Positions 47,604 to 58,100 of a DNA stretch of 64,000 bases are shown in pieces; the stretch's first letter is position 1, and each line of letters starts with the position of its first letter. The stretch comes from Minisyncoccota bacterium (GTDB lineage: Bacteria; Patescibacteriota; Minisyncoccia; Phycocordibacterales; UBA12088), in contig JAYRSE010000007.1 of the NCBI GenBank assembly GCA_041920275.1, forward strand, positions 20,517 through 84,516, given 5' to 3'. The position numbers and the translations under genes were made by a program. A model generated the notes under the pieces. It saw only the letters and a program-made list of their open reading frames with translations, ran no database searches and was not told the origin of the DNA.

Positions 47604-50147
47604 CTAATCGACCAACTTCCACCCTTCAGCCAAAAGCTGCTCGGCTTTTTTGTACTTCATCTCTCGTACCTCACCGTCTTTTGTGACCCGGACCGTATCA
47701 TTGCGACCGTACTGCCGCGCAGATGTTCGGCTACGAACGACCGGCCCCGACATGCCCGTGGTAACGGTCGCGGACACCTGCTGGGCCTTCTCGCTCTCTC
47801 GACGCATGCGCTCCTCCTCGCTCACGAACGCACCTGCGCCGATCTGCGGCAAAAGTTGTGCGATGTGTTCGCCAATATTCGATTCAAGCGCACGAAACAT
47901 CCGTAGTCCTTCCTTGCGGTACTCAATGAGCGGATCGCGCTGCCCTATCGCGCGCAAACGTACCGACCCTCGCAGGTACTCCATCGTCTCAAGATGCTCG
48001 AGCCAAAAGAGGTCGATCGTCTGCATGAGGAGCCGTCGCAACGCCGCATAGAATTCATCCTCACCGAGCTGCTTCTTTTTTTCCTCGACGATCGACATGA
48101 TCGCCTCATCCTGTGCACCGAGCTCGAACAAGAACGCTTCCATGGCCGAACGATCGCCAAGCAGATACCTCCTACGTCGATCATAGATCGCCACACGCTG
48201 GTGGTTCAGGACGTCGTCATAGGCAAGCACGTGCTTCCTTGAGTCGAAATGAAAACCCTCGATGCGCTTTTGCGCACCTTCGATCTGTCGTGAAATGAGG
48301 CGATGCTCGATCGGTGTATCATCCGCTTCGGTCATTCGCTGCATCAGGTTCTTGATGGTCTCATGGTTGCCGAACACCCGCATGAGCTGATCGTCGAGCG
48401 ACACACAGAAAAGCGTTTCTCCGGGATCACCCTGGCGTCCCGCACGGCCACGTAGCTGGTTGTCGATACGTCGCGCCTCATGACGCTCGGTACCGAGCAC
48501 AAAAAGGCCACCGAGCGCACGCACCTCGTCGGCCGCTCCCGGAAGTGCGGGACTTCCGCCAAGCTTGATGTCGACCCCCCTTCCCGCCATGTTGGTCGCG
48601 ATCGTCACCGCACCCTTGCGGCCTGCCTGCGCAACGATCTCACCCTCGCGCTCATGATTCTTTGCGTTCAGCATCTCGTGTGGCACACCGGCACGCGTGA
48701 GATAGGCGGAAAGCTGCTCGTTCTTTTCAATGGAGGCGGTACCGATGAGGATCGGTTGCCCCTTTTCGTGCACCTCGCGCACCATGCGCGCGATGGCGGC
48801 GAATTTACCCGCCTCGTTGCGGAAAATAAGGTCGTTGCGATCGATACGAGCGATCGTCTTGTTGGTCGGTATCTGCACGACGTCGAGCTTGTACACGCTG
48901 TAGAACTCCTCGGCCGAGGTTTCCGCGGTACCGGTCATACCGGCAAGTTTCTCGTACATGCGGAAGAAATTCTGGTAGGTCACCGACGCATAGGTGCGAC
49001 TCTCGCGCTGCACCGTCACACCCTCTTTCGCTTCAACCGCCTGATGCAGCCCCTCGCTCCAGCGCCTTCCCGGTTGCATACGGCCGGTGAACTCATCAAC
49101 GATCACGATCTGGTCGTCGCGGACCACGTAGTGTCGGTCGCGCTCAAAAAGCGCCTTGGCGCGGACCGACGTTTCGAGGTGATGCACGTACTTGATACCG
49201 GCATCCGTGTAGATGTTCTCCACCCCGAGCGCTTGTTGCGCCTTCTCGATGCCGCTGTCGGTGAGCTGAACGGCACGAAGTTTTTCATCCTTGGTATAAT
49301 CTTCACCTTCGACAAGGGTGCGTGCGATCTTTGCGAACGTATCGTAGAGCGAGCCGCTCGCATCGGCGGGCGCACTGATGATGAGCGGGGTTCGCGCCTC
49401 ATCAATAAGAATGGAATCGACTTCGTCGATGATCGCAAAGTGCGGTGCACGTTGCCGAAGATTGTGCGCCTCGTACTCGATATTGTCACGCAGGTAGTCG
49501 AACCCGAACTCACTGTTGGTACCGTACGTGATGTCGGCCTCGTACGCCTCTTTGCGCGTGCAAGGGCGAAGAAATTCGTACGCCACTTTGTATGCACCCG
49601 TTTCGTCGCGCGCCGCATCCTCCGGGGAATCTTCTTTGTGCGACGGATCGTAGAGATACGACGCCTGCGTGTTCACAACCCCCACCGAAAGACCCAAAAA
49701 CGCGTACACCTGACCCATCCACACCGCATCACGGCGAGAGAGGTAATCGTTCACCGTGACCACGTGCACACCCTTGCGGGTAAGCGCATTCAAGTACGCC
49801 GGCAATGTGGCGACGAGCGTTTTTCCTTCACCGGTACGCATCTCGGCGATCGAGTGTCGATGCAACACCACACCACCCATGATCTGAACATCGTAATGCC
49901 GTTCACCGAGCACGCGCTTCGCCGCTTCACGCACCACCGCGAACGCCTCGGGGAGAATATGATCGAGCGCTTCACCTCCCAGCACTCGCTCGGAGAGATG
50001 CTGCGTCTGCTCGCGCAATCTCGCATCATCCATTGCCGCCACACGTGCTTCTTCGGCATTTACGGCTCGCACAACCTCTTCAAGCTCACGCAAGGTGCGC
50101 CTGTTGGTGTTGTCACGAAAAAACTGCTTCAGCGAGAATGAGAACAT
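47604..50147 (-). CDS. secA: Preprotein translocase SecA
   Basis: MRTGEGKT, DEVDS, TNMAGRG and QLRGRAGRQGDPG motifs. Confidence 0.98.
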   Translation of the reverse strand: MFSFSLKQFFRDNTNRRTLRELEEVVRAVNAEEARVAAMDDARLREQTQHLSERVLGGEALDHILPEAFAVVREAAKRVLGERHYDVQIMGGVVLHRHSIAEMRTGEGKTLVATLPAYLNALTRKGVHVVTVNDYLSRRDAVWMGQVYAFLGLSVGVVNTQASYLYDPSHKEDSPEDAARDETGAYKVAYEFLRPCTRKEAYEADITYGTNSEFGFDYLRDNIEYEAHNLRQRAPHFAIIDEVDSILIDEARTPLIISAPADASGSLYDTFAKIARTLVEGEDYTKDEKLRAVQLTDSGIEKAQQALGVENIYTDAGIKYVHHLETSVRAKALFERDRHYVVRDDQIVIVDEFTGRMQPGRRWSEGLHQAVEAKEGVTVQRESRTYASVTYQNFFRMYEKLAGMTGTAETSAEEFYSVYKLDVVQIPTNKTIARIDRNDLIFRNEAGKFAAIARMVREVHEKGQPILIGTASIEKNEQLSAYLTRAGVPHEMLNAKNHEREGEIVAQAGRKGAVTIATNMAGRGVDIKLGGSPALPGAADEVRALGGLFVLGTERHEARRIDNQLRGRAGRQGDPGETLFCVSLDDQLMRVFGNHETIKNLMQRMTEADDTPIEHRLISRQIEGAQKRIEGFHFDSRKHVLAYDDVLNHQRVAIYDRRRRYLLGDRSAMEAFLFELGAQDEAIMSIVEEKKKQLGEDEFYAALRRLLMQTIDLFWLEHLETMEYLRGSVRLRAIGQRDPLIEYRKEGLRMFRALESNIGEHIAQLLPQIGAGAFVSEEERMRRESEKAQQVSATVTTGMSGPVVRSRTSARQYGRNDTVRVTKDGEVREMKYKKAEQLLAEGWKLVD

Positions 50148-50388
50148 TGCATCGATTGTACCATGTGTACCCCTCGACGCCAGTTGACATACCACATGCG
50201 TAGACTTATATACACTCGCTTTCACGCCGGTCACCGGTCGGTCGATTCACGGTCCATCCGCCTCACAAGGAACACGGTTGCGCATGGTGTTCAGATCGGT
50301 AGTACATCACAAAGATACCACCTCGCGAAAGATCGCGCACTCCCTCCGCATAAACATGATGCAGATTGCCCATGATCCACATATGTTC

Positions 50389-50435
50389 CATGACCACGAA
50401 ACAAGCCGCTGGAGGCGGCTTGTTTCGTGGTCATG
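50389..50435. terminator. Perfect 21-bp-stem hairpin
   Basis: CATGACCACGAAACAAGCCGC-TGGAG-GCGGCTTGTTTCGTGGTCATG, just downstream of the Lys/Ala-rich gene. Confidence 0.75.
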
Positions 50436-50443
50436 AGAGAAGA

Positions 50444-50551
50444 CTATTTCTTCTTTGCAGCCTTCTTTGCTGCGGGCTTCTTTGCCGCCGTCTTCTTTGC
50501 TGCGGGCTTCTTGGCTGCAACCTTCTTTACCGCCTTTTTCTTTGCTGGCAT
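50444..50551 (-). CDS. Histone H1-like Lys/Ala-rich microprotein (35 aa)
   Basis: MPAKKKAVKKVAAKKPAAKKTAAKKPAAKKAAKKK. Confidence 0.8.
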   Translation of the reverse strand: MPAKKKAVKKVAAKKPAAKKTAAKKPAAKKAAKKK

Positions 50552-50835
50552 GGTTGTGGTGGTTATGTGGGAAGTAATGAACGACGTCGACCAAACTTTC
50601 GTCGTTAACTCATCAACATTATCATGCAAACGCATGTGTGACACAATGCACAATCGATAGCATGAGTGTGGATAAGTGCTTCGACGTCGATGTGTGTTTA
50701 GCGTGCCACACTGCCTGTTCGACGTCGATACTTTACATGGTCATTTCGACGTCGAAAGACGTTTAGCGCTTATGTAGCTTCGATAATTTGCCTTGCTTAT
50801 ATAAGTACTTCCACTGCGTTCGTATCCATGACCAT

Positions 50836-50971
50836 GGATTGCTTCGCTGCGGCTCGGAAAGACGACGATGGACCGAACGGTGGGTCGCGAATGGTGTGCA
50901 CCTGTACATACTTCCACGCAATCGTCCGTCTTCGCGAGGAGCGTAACCGCAGTGGAGCGATGTGGCGACAC
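50836..50971. repeat. Back-to-back pair of degenerate CGTC-tagged REP-like elements
   Basis: Minus strand 50864-50836 CGTCTTTCCGAGCCGCAGCGAAGCAATCC; plus strand from 50927 CGTCTTCGCGAGGAGC...GCGATGTGGCGAC. Confidence 0.5.
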
Positions 50972-51087
50972 GGGGTCGTCGCAGCCTCATTTCTTCACAC
51001 GAGCCGAGTTAAGAGATCCGGGTCGTCGTTTCGCAAGTTTGTACTCGGAGAGTGCGGTTGCAGCGGGTAACGCGATCGATCACCACT

Positions 51088-52134
51088 TTATGAAACGGTG
51101 TCGAAACCTGCGGGCGGTCGCGCGATGCAGACCTCCGGTTCAATATGTATCGCGGTACGCCGCTTCACATCGTCCTCAATATCCCGCGCAAGCGCAAGGA
51201 GGTCATTTGCGGTACCCCCACCGTAATGCACAAGCACAAGCGCATGAGCATCCCAAGTACCGACCGAACCCACACGCTTCCCTTTCCATCCAAGAGTCTC
51301 GAGCAGCCATGCAAGAGGGATCTTGACTCGCACATCATCCACCGGGTACTGCGGTACCGGCTGTTTGAGCCATTGCTCAATGACCTGAATGGAAGACCTG
51401 CTCACCACCGGATTCTTAAAGAATGAACCCGCGGTACCCACCGAAGCGAGGTCCGGGAATTTCCTACCTCGTATTTCACGAAGCGCCTCACGCACTTCAA
51501 GCGGACTTTGCGGCGCCTTGTTCGCAAATCGCTCCGCCAGATCTTTATACTCGATCACCGGCGCATGATGTGTTCTCATGCGGTAGGCAACACGAGTGAC
51601 GATGTACGACATGCCTTCCGCATGTTTAAAAATGCTGTCTCGATACCCGAACGCACACGCACTCGGCGACAAGATATGAAGCGCCTCATCTCGACGATCG
51701 TAGACCTCCACCCAGTCGATACGATCACTTACGGAGACGCCATAACAACCCACATTTTGAACCGGTGTGGCACCGACACTGCCGGGCACGTAGGAGAGAT
51801 TTTCCAAACCCCAAAAACCCTGCGAGACGGTCTCTTCCACAAGCGCATCCCAGCGCATGCCGGCACCCGCCACAACTCGCGCATCACCTTTGGTGTCCTC
51901 TTTGTACTCGGTACCTGCAATGGCGATATGAATCACCAGGCCGGGCCAACCTTCTTCGGTAAAGAGCGTGTTGGACCCGCCACCGAGCACCCACACCGGC
52001 AGACGCTTTTCTTTTGCGAAAGCCATCGCTTCGCGGAGATCGGCTATGGAATATACCGAAACATAAAAACGTGCCACACCACCGAGGCGTAGCGTCGTGA
52101 GTTCCGCAAGGGAGACATTTTCGAGTACCTGCAT
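51088..52134 (-). CDS. murB: UDP-N-acetylenolpyruvoylglucosamine reductase
   Basis: LGGGSN, PGSVGATPVQNVGCYG, FGYRDS, AGSFFKNP and HALVLV motifs. Confidence 0.95.
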   Translation of the reverse strand: MQVLENVSLAELTTLRLGGVARFYVSVYSIADLREAMAFAKEKRLPVWVLGGGSNTLFTEEGWPGLVIHIAIAGTEYKEDTKGDARVVAGAGMRWDALVEETVSQGFWGLENLSYVPGSVGATPVQNVGCYGVSVSDRIDWVEVYDRRDEALHILSPSACAFGYRDSIFKHAEGMSYIVTRVAYRMRTHHAPVIEYKDLAERFANKAPQSPLEVREALREIRGRKFPDLASVGTAGSFFKNPVVSRSSIQVIEQWLKQPVPQYPVDDVRVKIPLAWLLETLGWKGKRVGSVGTWDAHALVLVHYGGGTANDLLALARDIEDDVKRRTAIHIEPEVCIARPPAGFDTVS

Positions 52135-52267
52135 GAACATGACCGGTACCCCGTATGGAACGCCGGTGCGAGCTCCACGAAAAACTATTTTGTGAGTGCC
52201 GCGGCGCTCCATGCGAGGAGCCGTGCACGGAGTATAGCATGGTGCAGTAAGTGGGGCAAAACAGACA

Positions 52268-52296
52268 CGTAAAATCCCCACGAGGGGGATTTTACG
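52268..52296. terminator. Perfect 12-bp-stem hairpin
   Basis: CGTAAAATCCCC-ACGAG-GGGGATTTTACG. Confidence 0.65.
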
Positions 52297-52468
52297 CAGT
52301 TTTTCGTTAGGCAGAGTTTTGCACTCTGGCACTCACCCCCACAGTATAGCACAATTCCTTAAACATGCAAATGGTGGTGACTGTCGTGCCCCGCTACACT
52401 GTCGCACCAAAACACTACTGCCCGAAAAAACGGCGGAGGGGCACACAAAACATACTCCCCAACCTCCG

Positions 52469-52678
52469 CTACTTTTTCTTCGAAGTCCGCAAGTCACTGA
52501 TCATGATCGCGTCATTTCGACGTCGAACAATGACCTTCTGCCCATCTTTCCATTTCAGCTCACGCAAGAGATCGGGCGGCAAGACCACGGTCGTTGAACC
52601 ATTCGCCTGTTCCTGTATCCTACGGATGGCATGCCCCTCCGCAGACACCCTCTCTTGCGCGCTCTTTTTTTCAGCCAT
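52469..52678 (-). CDS. AbrB/MazE/SpoVT-family DNA-binding protein
   Basis: GSTTVVLPPDLLRELKWKDGQKV motif. Confidence 0.82.
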   Translation of the reverse strand: MAEKKSAQERVSAEGHAIRRIQEQANGSTTVVLPPDLLRELKWKDGQKVIVRRRNDAIMISDLRTSKKK

Positions 52679-52725
52679 AGTTTGGTGTACTTATTGCTCG
52701 TCTAAACCACCCACTCGGGTGCCGG

Positions 52726-55014
52726 CTACTGTTGAATCGGTGCCGATGCGCTTTGCACTTCGCGAATGAACGCATCCATTTGATCCTTGAACTCGGGCTT
52801 TCGCTCAGCAACTCCGCGCAAGAGAGCGACCGCTTCGTTCACACGGCCGAGCTCACGATATGCCGCAGCGAGCGACACGATCTCCTGCATGTTCTCGGGA
52901 TCCTTCTCGACCCGCTGCTCCAAGATCTTGGAAGCGATGTCGTAGCGTTTCGCCTGCACCCATGCCATAAAGAGGCGCGAATCGTCGACCGCGGGTGTAC
53001 CGAAGCGTTCCGTAAGCATGTCGACCGCTTCTTTGTCCCTACCGGTACGCACCAGTGCCGTGGCGTACAACCGCGCAAGATCATCGAACTGCGGCGCCGA
53101 CTCATACGCACGTTTGAAAAGCTCCATACCCTCCTCGCTCTTGCCGCGCAAGATACGCAGCTCACCGAGCTGCATGAGCGCGTGCTGCTTGGTGGGGGTA
53201 AGCTCCACCGCCCGCTCAAAGGCCTTTTCCGAATCTTCCAAACGTCCGGTGTTCGCAAGGAGCGAACCATGGAAAAGCCACAGACGTGCCGACTCACCAT
53301 TGCGCCCAAGCTCGCGTTCCATCTCGGATACGGCGAGGGTCACGAACGCGTCCTTGGTCGCCTGATCGATCCCCTGCGCGCGCGACATGTCCGCCGCACG
53401 TTGCACCAGCTGTTCACGCACCTCTTGCCTGCCAAGCGCATCTATCGCGAGCGCTTGTTTGTACTTCTCGAGCATCTCCTCGGGAGACTGTTCCACCACC
53501 GAACCATCGGCAAGTGCACGCTGCGGCACCAGTGCAGAGATCAGCAACCGCGAGGTGGTGATGCCCGGGATGTTCACGTACCAGATCACAAACCCGCCGA
53601 CCACTAGCGCCACCGGGAGCGCCACCGCCACGGCCGTCTGCTCGCTCATTTCGTGCTTTGTACACAGCGGTGCGTGCCCCTGGGTGACCCGCCAGTGCAG
53701 GTACGCAAGCACGCTCGCATACATGAAGTAGCTCACCAGGTTGTCGAAAACGAAGAGGTTGTGGAACATGTAGGCCGCAAGCAAGCCGGTCCACAGTGCG
53801 CGCTCCGTGGCGGAAAATTCATCATTGCGCTTTGATGCAAGTGCACGAATTGCTTGGAACGACACGAGCATGCGCCACGACCAGGTGCGTTCACGCGGGT
53901 CGAGGAACCAGAGATGCACCACAAGAGCGAGAGGTACAAGAAGGTAGGTAATGAGGCCGAGGAAACCGGCGGAAATGAGCCAGTCGAAGAAGATGTTGTG
54001 CGTACGGTCGAACCACGGCTCCTCGCCATACATGTTGGGATCGTAATGCTTGGAAAACACGTATTCGTAGTTGTCCTGACCCCAGCCTAAAATGGGGCGC
54101 TCTTTCACACCCTGCCATGCCATGCCCCAGTTCATGAAGCGCGCATGGACCGTGCCGGTCGAGAGTTCGATCTGGGTGAAGCGGCTGATGACCGGAGTGT
54201 TTTTTCCAAACTCGGTGTCGCGTATCGCGTACCCGCCACCAACGATCAGTGCGACAAGTACCAAACCGCCCAGTGCGACCTTGCGCAACACGGGACGCTC
54301 ACGCTCAAAGATCGCAATGAGAAGCGTGGTGATGAGCGCACCACCCAAAAAGCCGAGCACGGTACCGCGCGTGGCGGTGATCACCATCGTGAGTATGTGC
54401 AAAAGCGCGATAAAGCCCATGAGAGCCTGGTGCCATGCGGCTCCACGCCACCGCACCATGAGCAGAAACGCAATGAAAACATGGAAGAGCGTATATACCG
54501 CGAGATAGATCGGGTTGCCAAAGGTACCATCGATGCGAGGAAACACGAAGGAAGGAAGCACCTCAAACGCCGGCTTCAAGCCCACAAAGGCGATGATCAC
54601 GCTCACGCCGAGCGAAGAGTACCAAAACGCATTCCATAATCGCTCAGTGGAGAGCATCACCGAAGCCACCACGAAGTACGCAAAGACGTGGAGCAAGCCG
54701 ACATACCCTTCCATGCGCTCGAAATTGCTCCAAAAACTCTTGAACGGATTGGCACTGAAGATGGTCGCCAAACCGACCGCAAGCATGAAGAGCGTCATTG
54801 AGGCAAGTACCCACGAAAAGCGTGGCCGGTACCGAGCGTCGAGCAGGGCGAGCAGCGTCCATCCCACGAGCGCCACTTCCACCAATATGCGAAACGTGAA
54901 GTTTTTGCCCGTGATATACGGGAAGAACATCGTAGCGGAGACAATAAAGGGAATAATGATCGGCACCGCAAAGAGAGCGCCGAGGGTCACCCAGCGAAGT
55001 GTTTGTTGTAGCAT
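52726..55014 (-). CDS. O-antigen ligase (Wzy_C) family protein with C-terminal TPRs
   Basis: GTFGNP, TATRG, PILGWG and DRTHN motifs; many TM helices; TPR tail. Confidence 0.88.
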   Translation of the reverse strand: MLQQTLRWVTLGALFAVPIIIPFIVSATMFFPYITGKNFTFRILVEVALVGWTLLALLDARYRPRFSWVLASMTLFMLAVGLATIFSANPFKSFWSNFERMEGYVGLLHVFAYFVVASVMLSTERLWNAFWYSSLGVSVIIAFVGLKPAFEVLPSFVFPRIDGTFGNPIYLAVYTLFHVFIAFLLMVRWRGAAWHQALMGFIALLHILTMVITATRGTVLGFLGGALITTLLIAIFERERPVLRKVALGGLVLVALIVGGGYAIRDTEFGKNTPVISRFTQIELSTGTVHARFMNWGMAWQGVKERPILGWGQDNYEYVFSKHYDPNMYGEEPWFDRTHNIFFDWLISAGFLGLITYLLVPLALVVHLWFLDPRERTWSWRMLVSFQAIRALASKRNDEFSATERALWTGLLAAYMFHNLFVFDNLVSYFMYASVLAYLHWRVTQGHAPLCTKHEMSEQTAVAVALPVALVVGGFVIWYVNIPGITTSRLLISALVPQRALADGSVVEQSPEEMLEKYKQALAIDALGRQEVREQLVQRAADMSRAQGIDQATKDAFVTLAVSEMERELGRNGESARLWLFHGSLLANTGRLEDSEKAFERAVELTPTKQHALMQLGELRILRGKSEEGMELFKRAYESAPQFDDLARLYATALVRTGRDKEAVDMLTERFGTPAVDDSRLFMAWVQAKRYDIASKILEQRVEKDPENMQEIVSLAAAYRELGRVNEAVALLRGVAERKPEFKDQMDAFIREVQSASAPIQQ

Positions 55015-55115
55015 GGGACCACTATACCACGGGGCATGCCGACGTCGAAGACTTGACGTACGCGCGCGGGAGTGTGGCGCATACAAGCGCCACAATCTCC
55101 CCCGCCCTTCCACCG

Positions 55116-58100
55116 CTACAGCCCCGCACCCACCGCACGAGCAAGCGTCGCTATCGTTTTCGCCGCACCCGGCTCCACACCCTTGCCACTTTGCAGCTCC
55201 GCACTCCTTGCTACGCTTTCGAGCACCACTTTCGCACTGATCACATTTCCTTTTCCACTCTTTTTGTAGAGCTGCTGTGCGAGCGTCACCCGCGCCAGGA
55301 ACCACGTCTCGAGCGACGTTGCCATCTTCGCGTCCCGTATCGCTTCACGCAAGCCGACAAAGGAAACCTCATATGCCATCCATGGCTCAAAGACCTCCCC
55401 GGAGGCAAGTGTGCGGTCCACATCACCATCACCGTCGTAGTCGTAGGCAAGCTTCGGCTCCCCACCCTCCTCCACGAAGAGCGAGCCCCTCGAAACGGCA
55501 CGGACCGGAACCCGGTGCCAACGATACGGCACCATGTGATTCCCGCCCTCGTACTTATCGATCTCGAGCGTAAACTCACCCTCATCCGTACCGTCAAGCG
55601 CGAGCTCGACCGGATCCGAGGAAAGAACCGCTCCGGCGTACTTCACATCCGCCCATTCTTCGTAATAACTGTTCGGTATCTCCGCCTCGTAGTACCTGCC
55701 AAGGTCGGTCGGCGACTCACCGGTCACGCCGGTGTGCTTTCCACCACCACCATACAGGTGTATGTCGACCGGCGAATACACTCGCGCCTCGAAGCGCGGC
55801 GGTCGCTCCGTCTCCATGGTCGTGCTCAGGTGGAGTGGCACGTTCGGTAACCCCTTCAGGACCACCTGCTCGATGAGCACCTGCGCCGGTGTTGTCGACA
55901 GTATGTTTCCATGTGCGTGATTCTCCTGCGTGAACTCGTTGTACCTCCGCATGTTGAGGTAGTATGTTTCATCCGCTTCCCCGCTCTCCGCCGATCTCGC
56001 GAGCACCGTTCCGTCTCCATCCATGTTTGCCAACCATTCGGTGCGGAGCGACTTGAGCGTGGTACCCGAGCTCGTACGCCTATCGTAGGCACTGTATGCG
56101 ATACCGCGCGGTGTCCATAAGCCCGCACCCACCATCTGCACCACACGTACGCCCGCGGGGGCTTTCCACGTGTCCACGCCCGCATGCATCGCGGTACTTG
56201 AAGCAAGAAGTGGGGCGTTCAGCAGGTTTGGGTGCAGGTACCCCAAGGTCGAGAGCTCAGAGCGTGTGCCAAGCTCGCCGATGAGAAATTTGCGTAAATC
56301 CTCGTGCGCTGTGATGTTCCTGCCCGCCATGTCTTGCATAAGCGGAAGCGTGCGCACATTTTCAGACGCTTCCACGACCGGCTCCGTGAGGAGTGTCATC
56401 AAGTGTGGCGAGGGCAAAAGACCGTATGCGCCCGGCATATCCACGACCACATCGCGCAGCGTTTGCTGTGCGGGCATGTCCATGCCGTGGAGCATCTCGC
56501 GTAGCGCTTTCGGCGTACCCGCCTGCGGAGAAGCCACCAACACCAATGCGTCGATCTTCCCAAGGAGCGGATGGTCCGTCGCTTCAAGATACCTGAGCAA
56601 GTTCTTCGCGACCAGTCCGCCATTGCTGTGCGCCACGATCGTGACCTTTCCCGTGGGTGAACGTTCGGCAAGCCCCGTAAGCTCGGAAAGCAAGAACGGC
56701 ACCGCACCTTCTCCCTCCGTGGGGAGCGGGGTAACGTACGACACTCTGCCTTCACCCAAGTCGCGCCCGTGCAGAAAGAGCTCATCCGTCGCCAAACGCC
56801 AATCGTACGGAAGCGCTTTCCATTCTTTGAGCGTACCTTCCGTAACGAGGTCGTTCATAAAACGGATCCACCCGCCATACGCGTCCCCAAAAGAGCCGAG
56901 GCCGTCCACGGGGCGGATCTCGTCGATCACATCCCTTGTGTAGAGCGCGGTACTTTGGCTTGTGCCATCCTCGCGCATCGCAAGCGTGAGGATGTCTCCC
57001 GCAAGCACGCTCTCCCACCGCTTCTGCTCTTCCCCCTCTCCGTTCGCCGTGTACAACCTACTCCCCATGATGCCGGGCAGAAATGCTACCGAGGATACCG
57101 CGTCATCGGGCTCCCCGCCGACTCCATATGGCAAACCCTTGCCGTCGTTGTACAGCATCGCGACCTCTTCCGCGGTCAGTGCGCGGTTCCACACACCGAC
57201 TTCGTCGACAAGACCATCAGTATACCGCGGAAGAATATTCCCGTTACCATCCCGAAATCTTCCAATTTCAAAAAAAGAATTTTCGATTCCATGTGCATCA
57301 CCGAAATCAACACCAGTACTTCCCACCAGTAAGCCATTTATATACAATTTCGCCTTTTGTGTTCCTGGGTCTACAACAGCTACAACATGATGGAATGATA
57401 GTGCAATGTCTTGTACGGGGAAAATTACAACATATTCGGAATTAGAGGCATAGTACAATCTCAAGATGTTCGTTCCATTATCATGAACGTAATCGATATT
57501 AAAATATGTCCCACGATTCTCAGATTTTACCCACCGTGAGAGTATGGTATAGAAGTTATCATTGCTTGGATAATTATTTAGACGCACCCAAAATGAATAT
57601 GAGAATGGAGCACTTGAACTCTCTGCTTCCATATCAGATTGATTTGCTGCCAAGTAAGAATGTTCTGCGGCGCGCAATTCAAGCGCCCTGTTTTGTACTC
57701 CCGAGCTTGAATGAGCATTCATGGATTGCAGATCACCTCCTCCGTGAACATCCTCTCGTACTCCGCTCTCCTCATCCATCGGCCAATACGACACCAAGCC
57801 ATTCAGCAACTCCTCGCTCGCACTGATCGCATCCGGTTGCTCACCCCCAGGCCCATCACCCTCGAAAAACGGCACATCTTCTGAAAATGTCGGCCCGTTC
57901 TCAGGGATCAAATGGTTGCCGTTCGGCGAGAGGTCATTGAAATCGTTTTCCATCCGCCAATAGCCCTCCAATCCCGGCTCACTGCCCGTAAGCACCCTCC
58001 GCATGTCCCGCCGTATCTCCTCCCCAGTCCGCGCAACCGACCATACCCGCACTTCGTCAATGAGGCCGTCAAAGAATCCGCCCGTCTTCGACCCCACACT

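Noticed and set aside
50184-50388. Possible plus-strand transcript (TTGACA-17-TATATA) divergent from secA
   Set aside because: The -10 element is weak, and no convincing ORF or RNA structure was found.
52318-52334. CIRCE-like half sites TTTGCACTC and TGGCACTC
   Set aside because: They are in direct rather than inverted orientation, lack N9 spacing, and no chaperone gene is adjacent.
52511-52527. 17-nt match GTCATTTCGACGTCGAA shared with 50740-50756
   Set aside because: It is mostly the frequent TCGACGTCGA word and lies inside a CDS; insufficient evidence of function.
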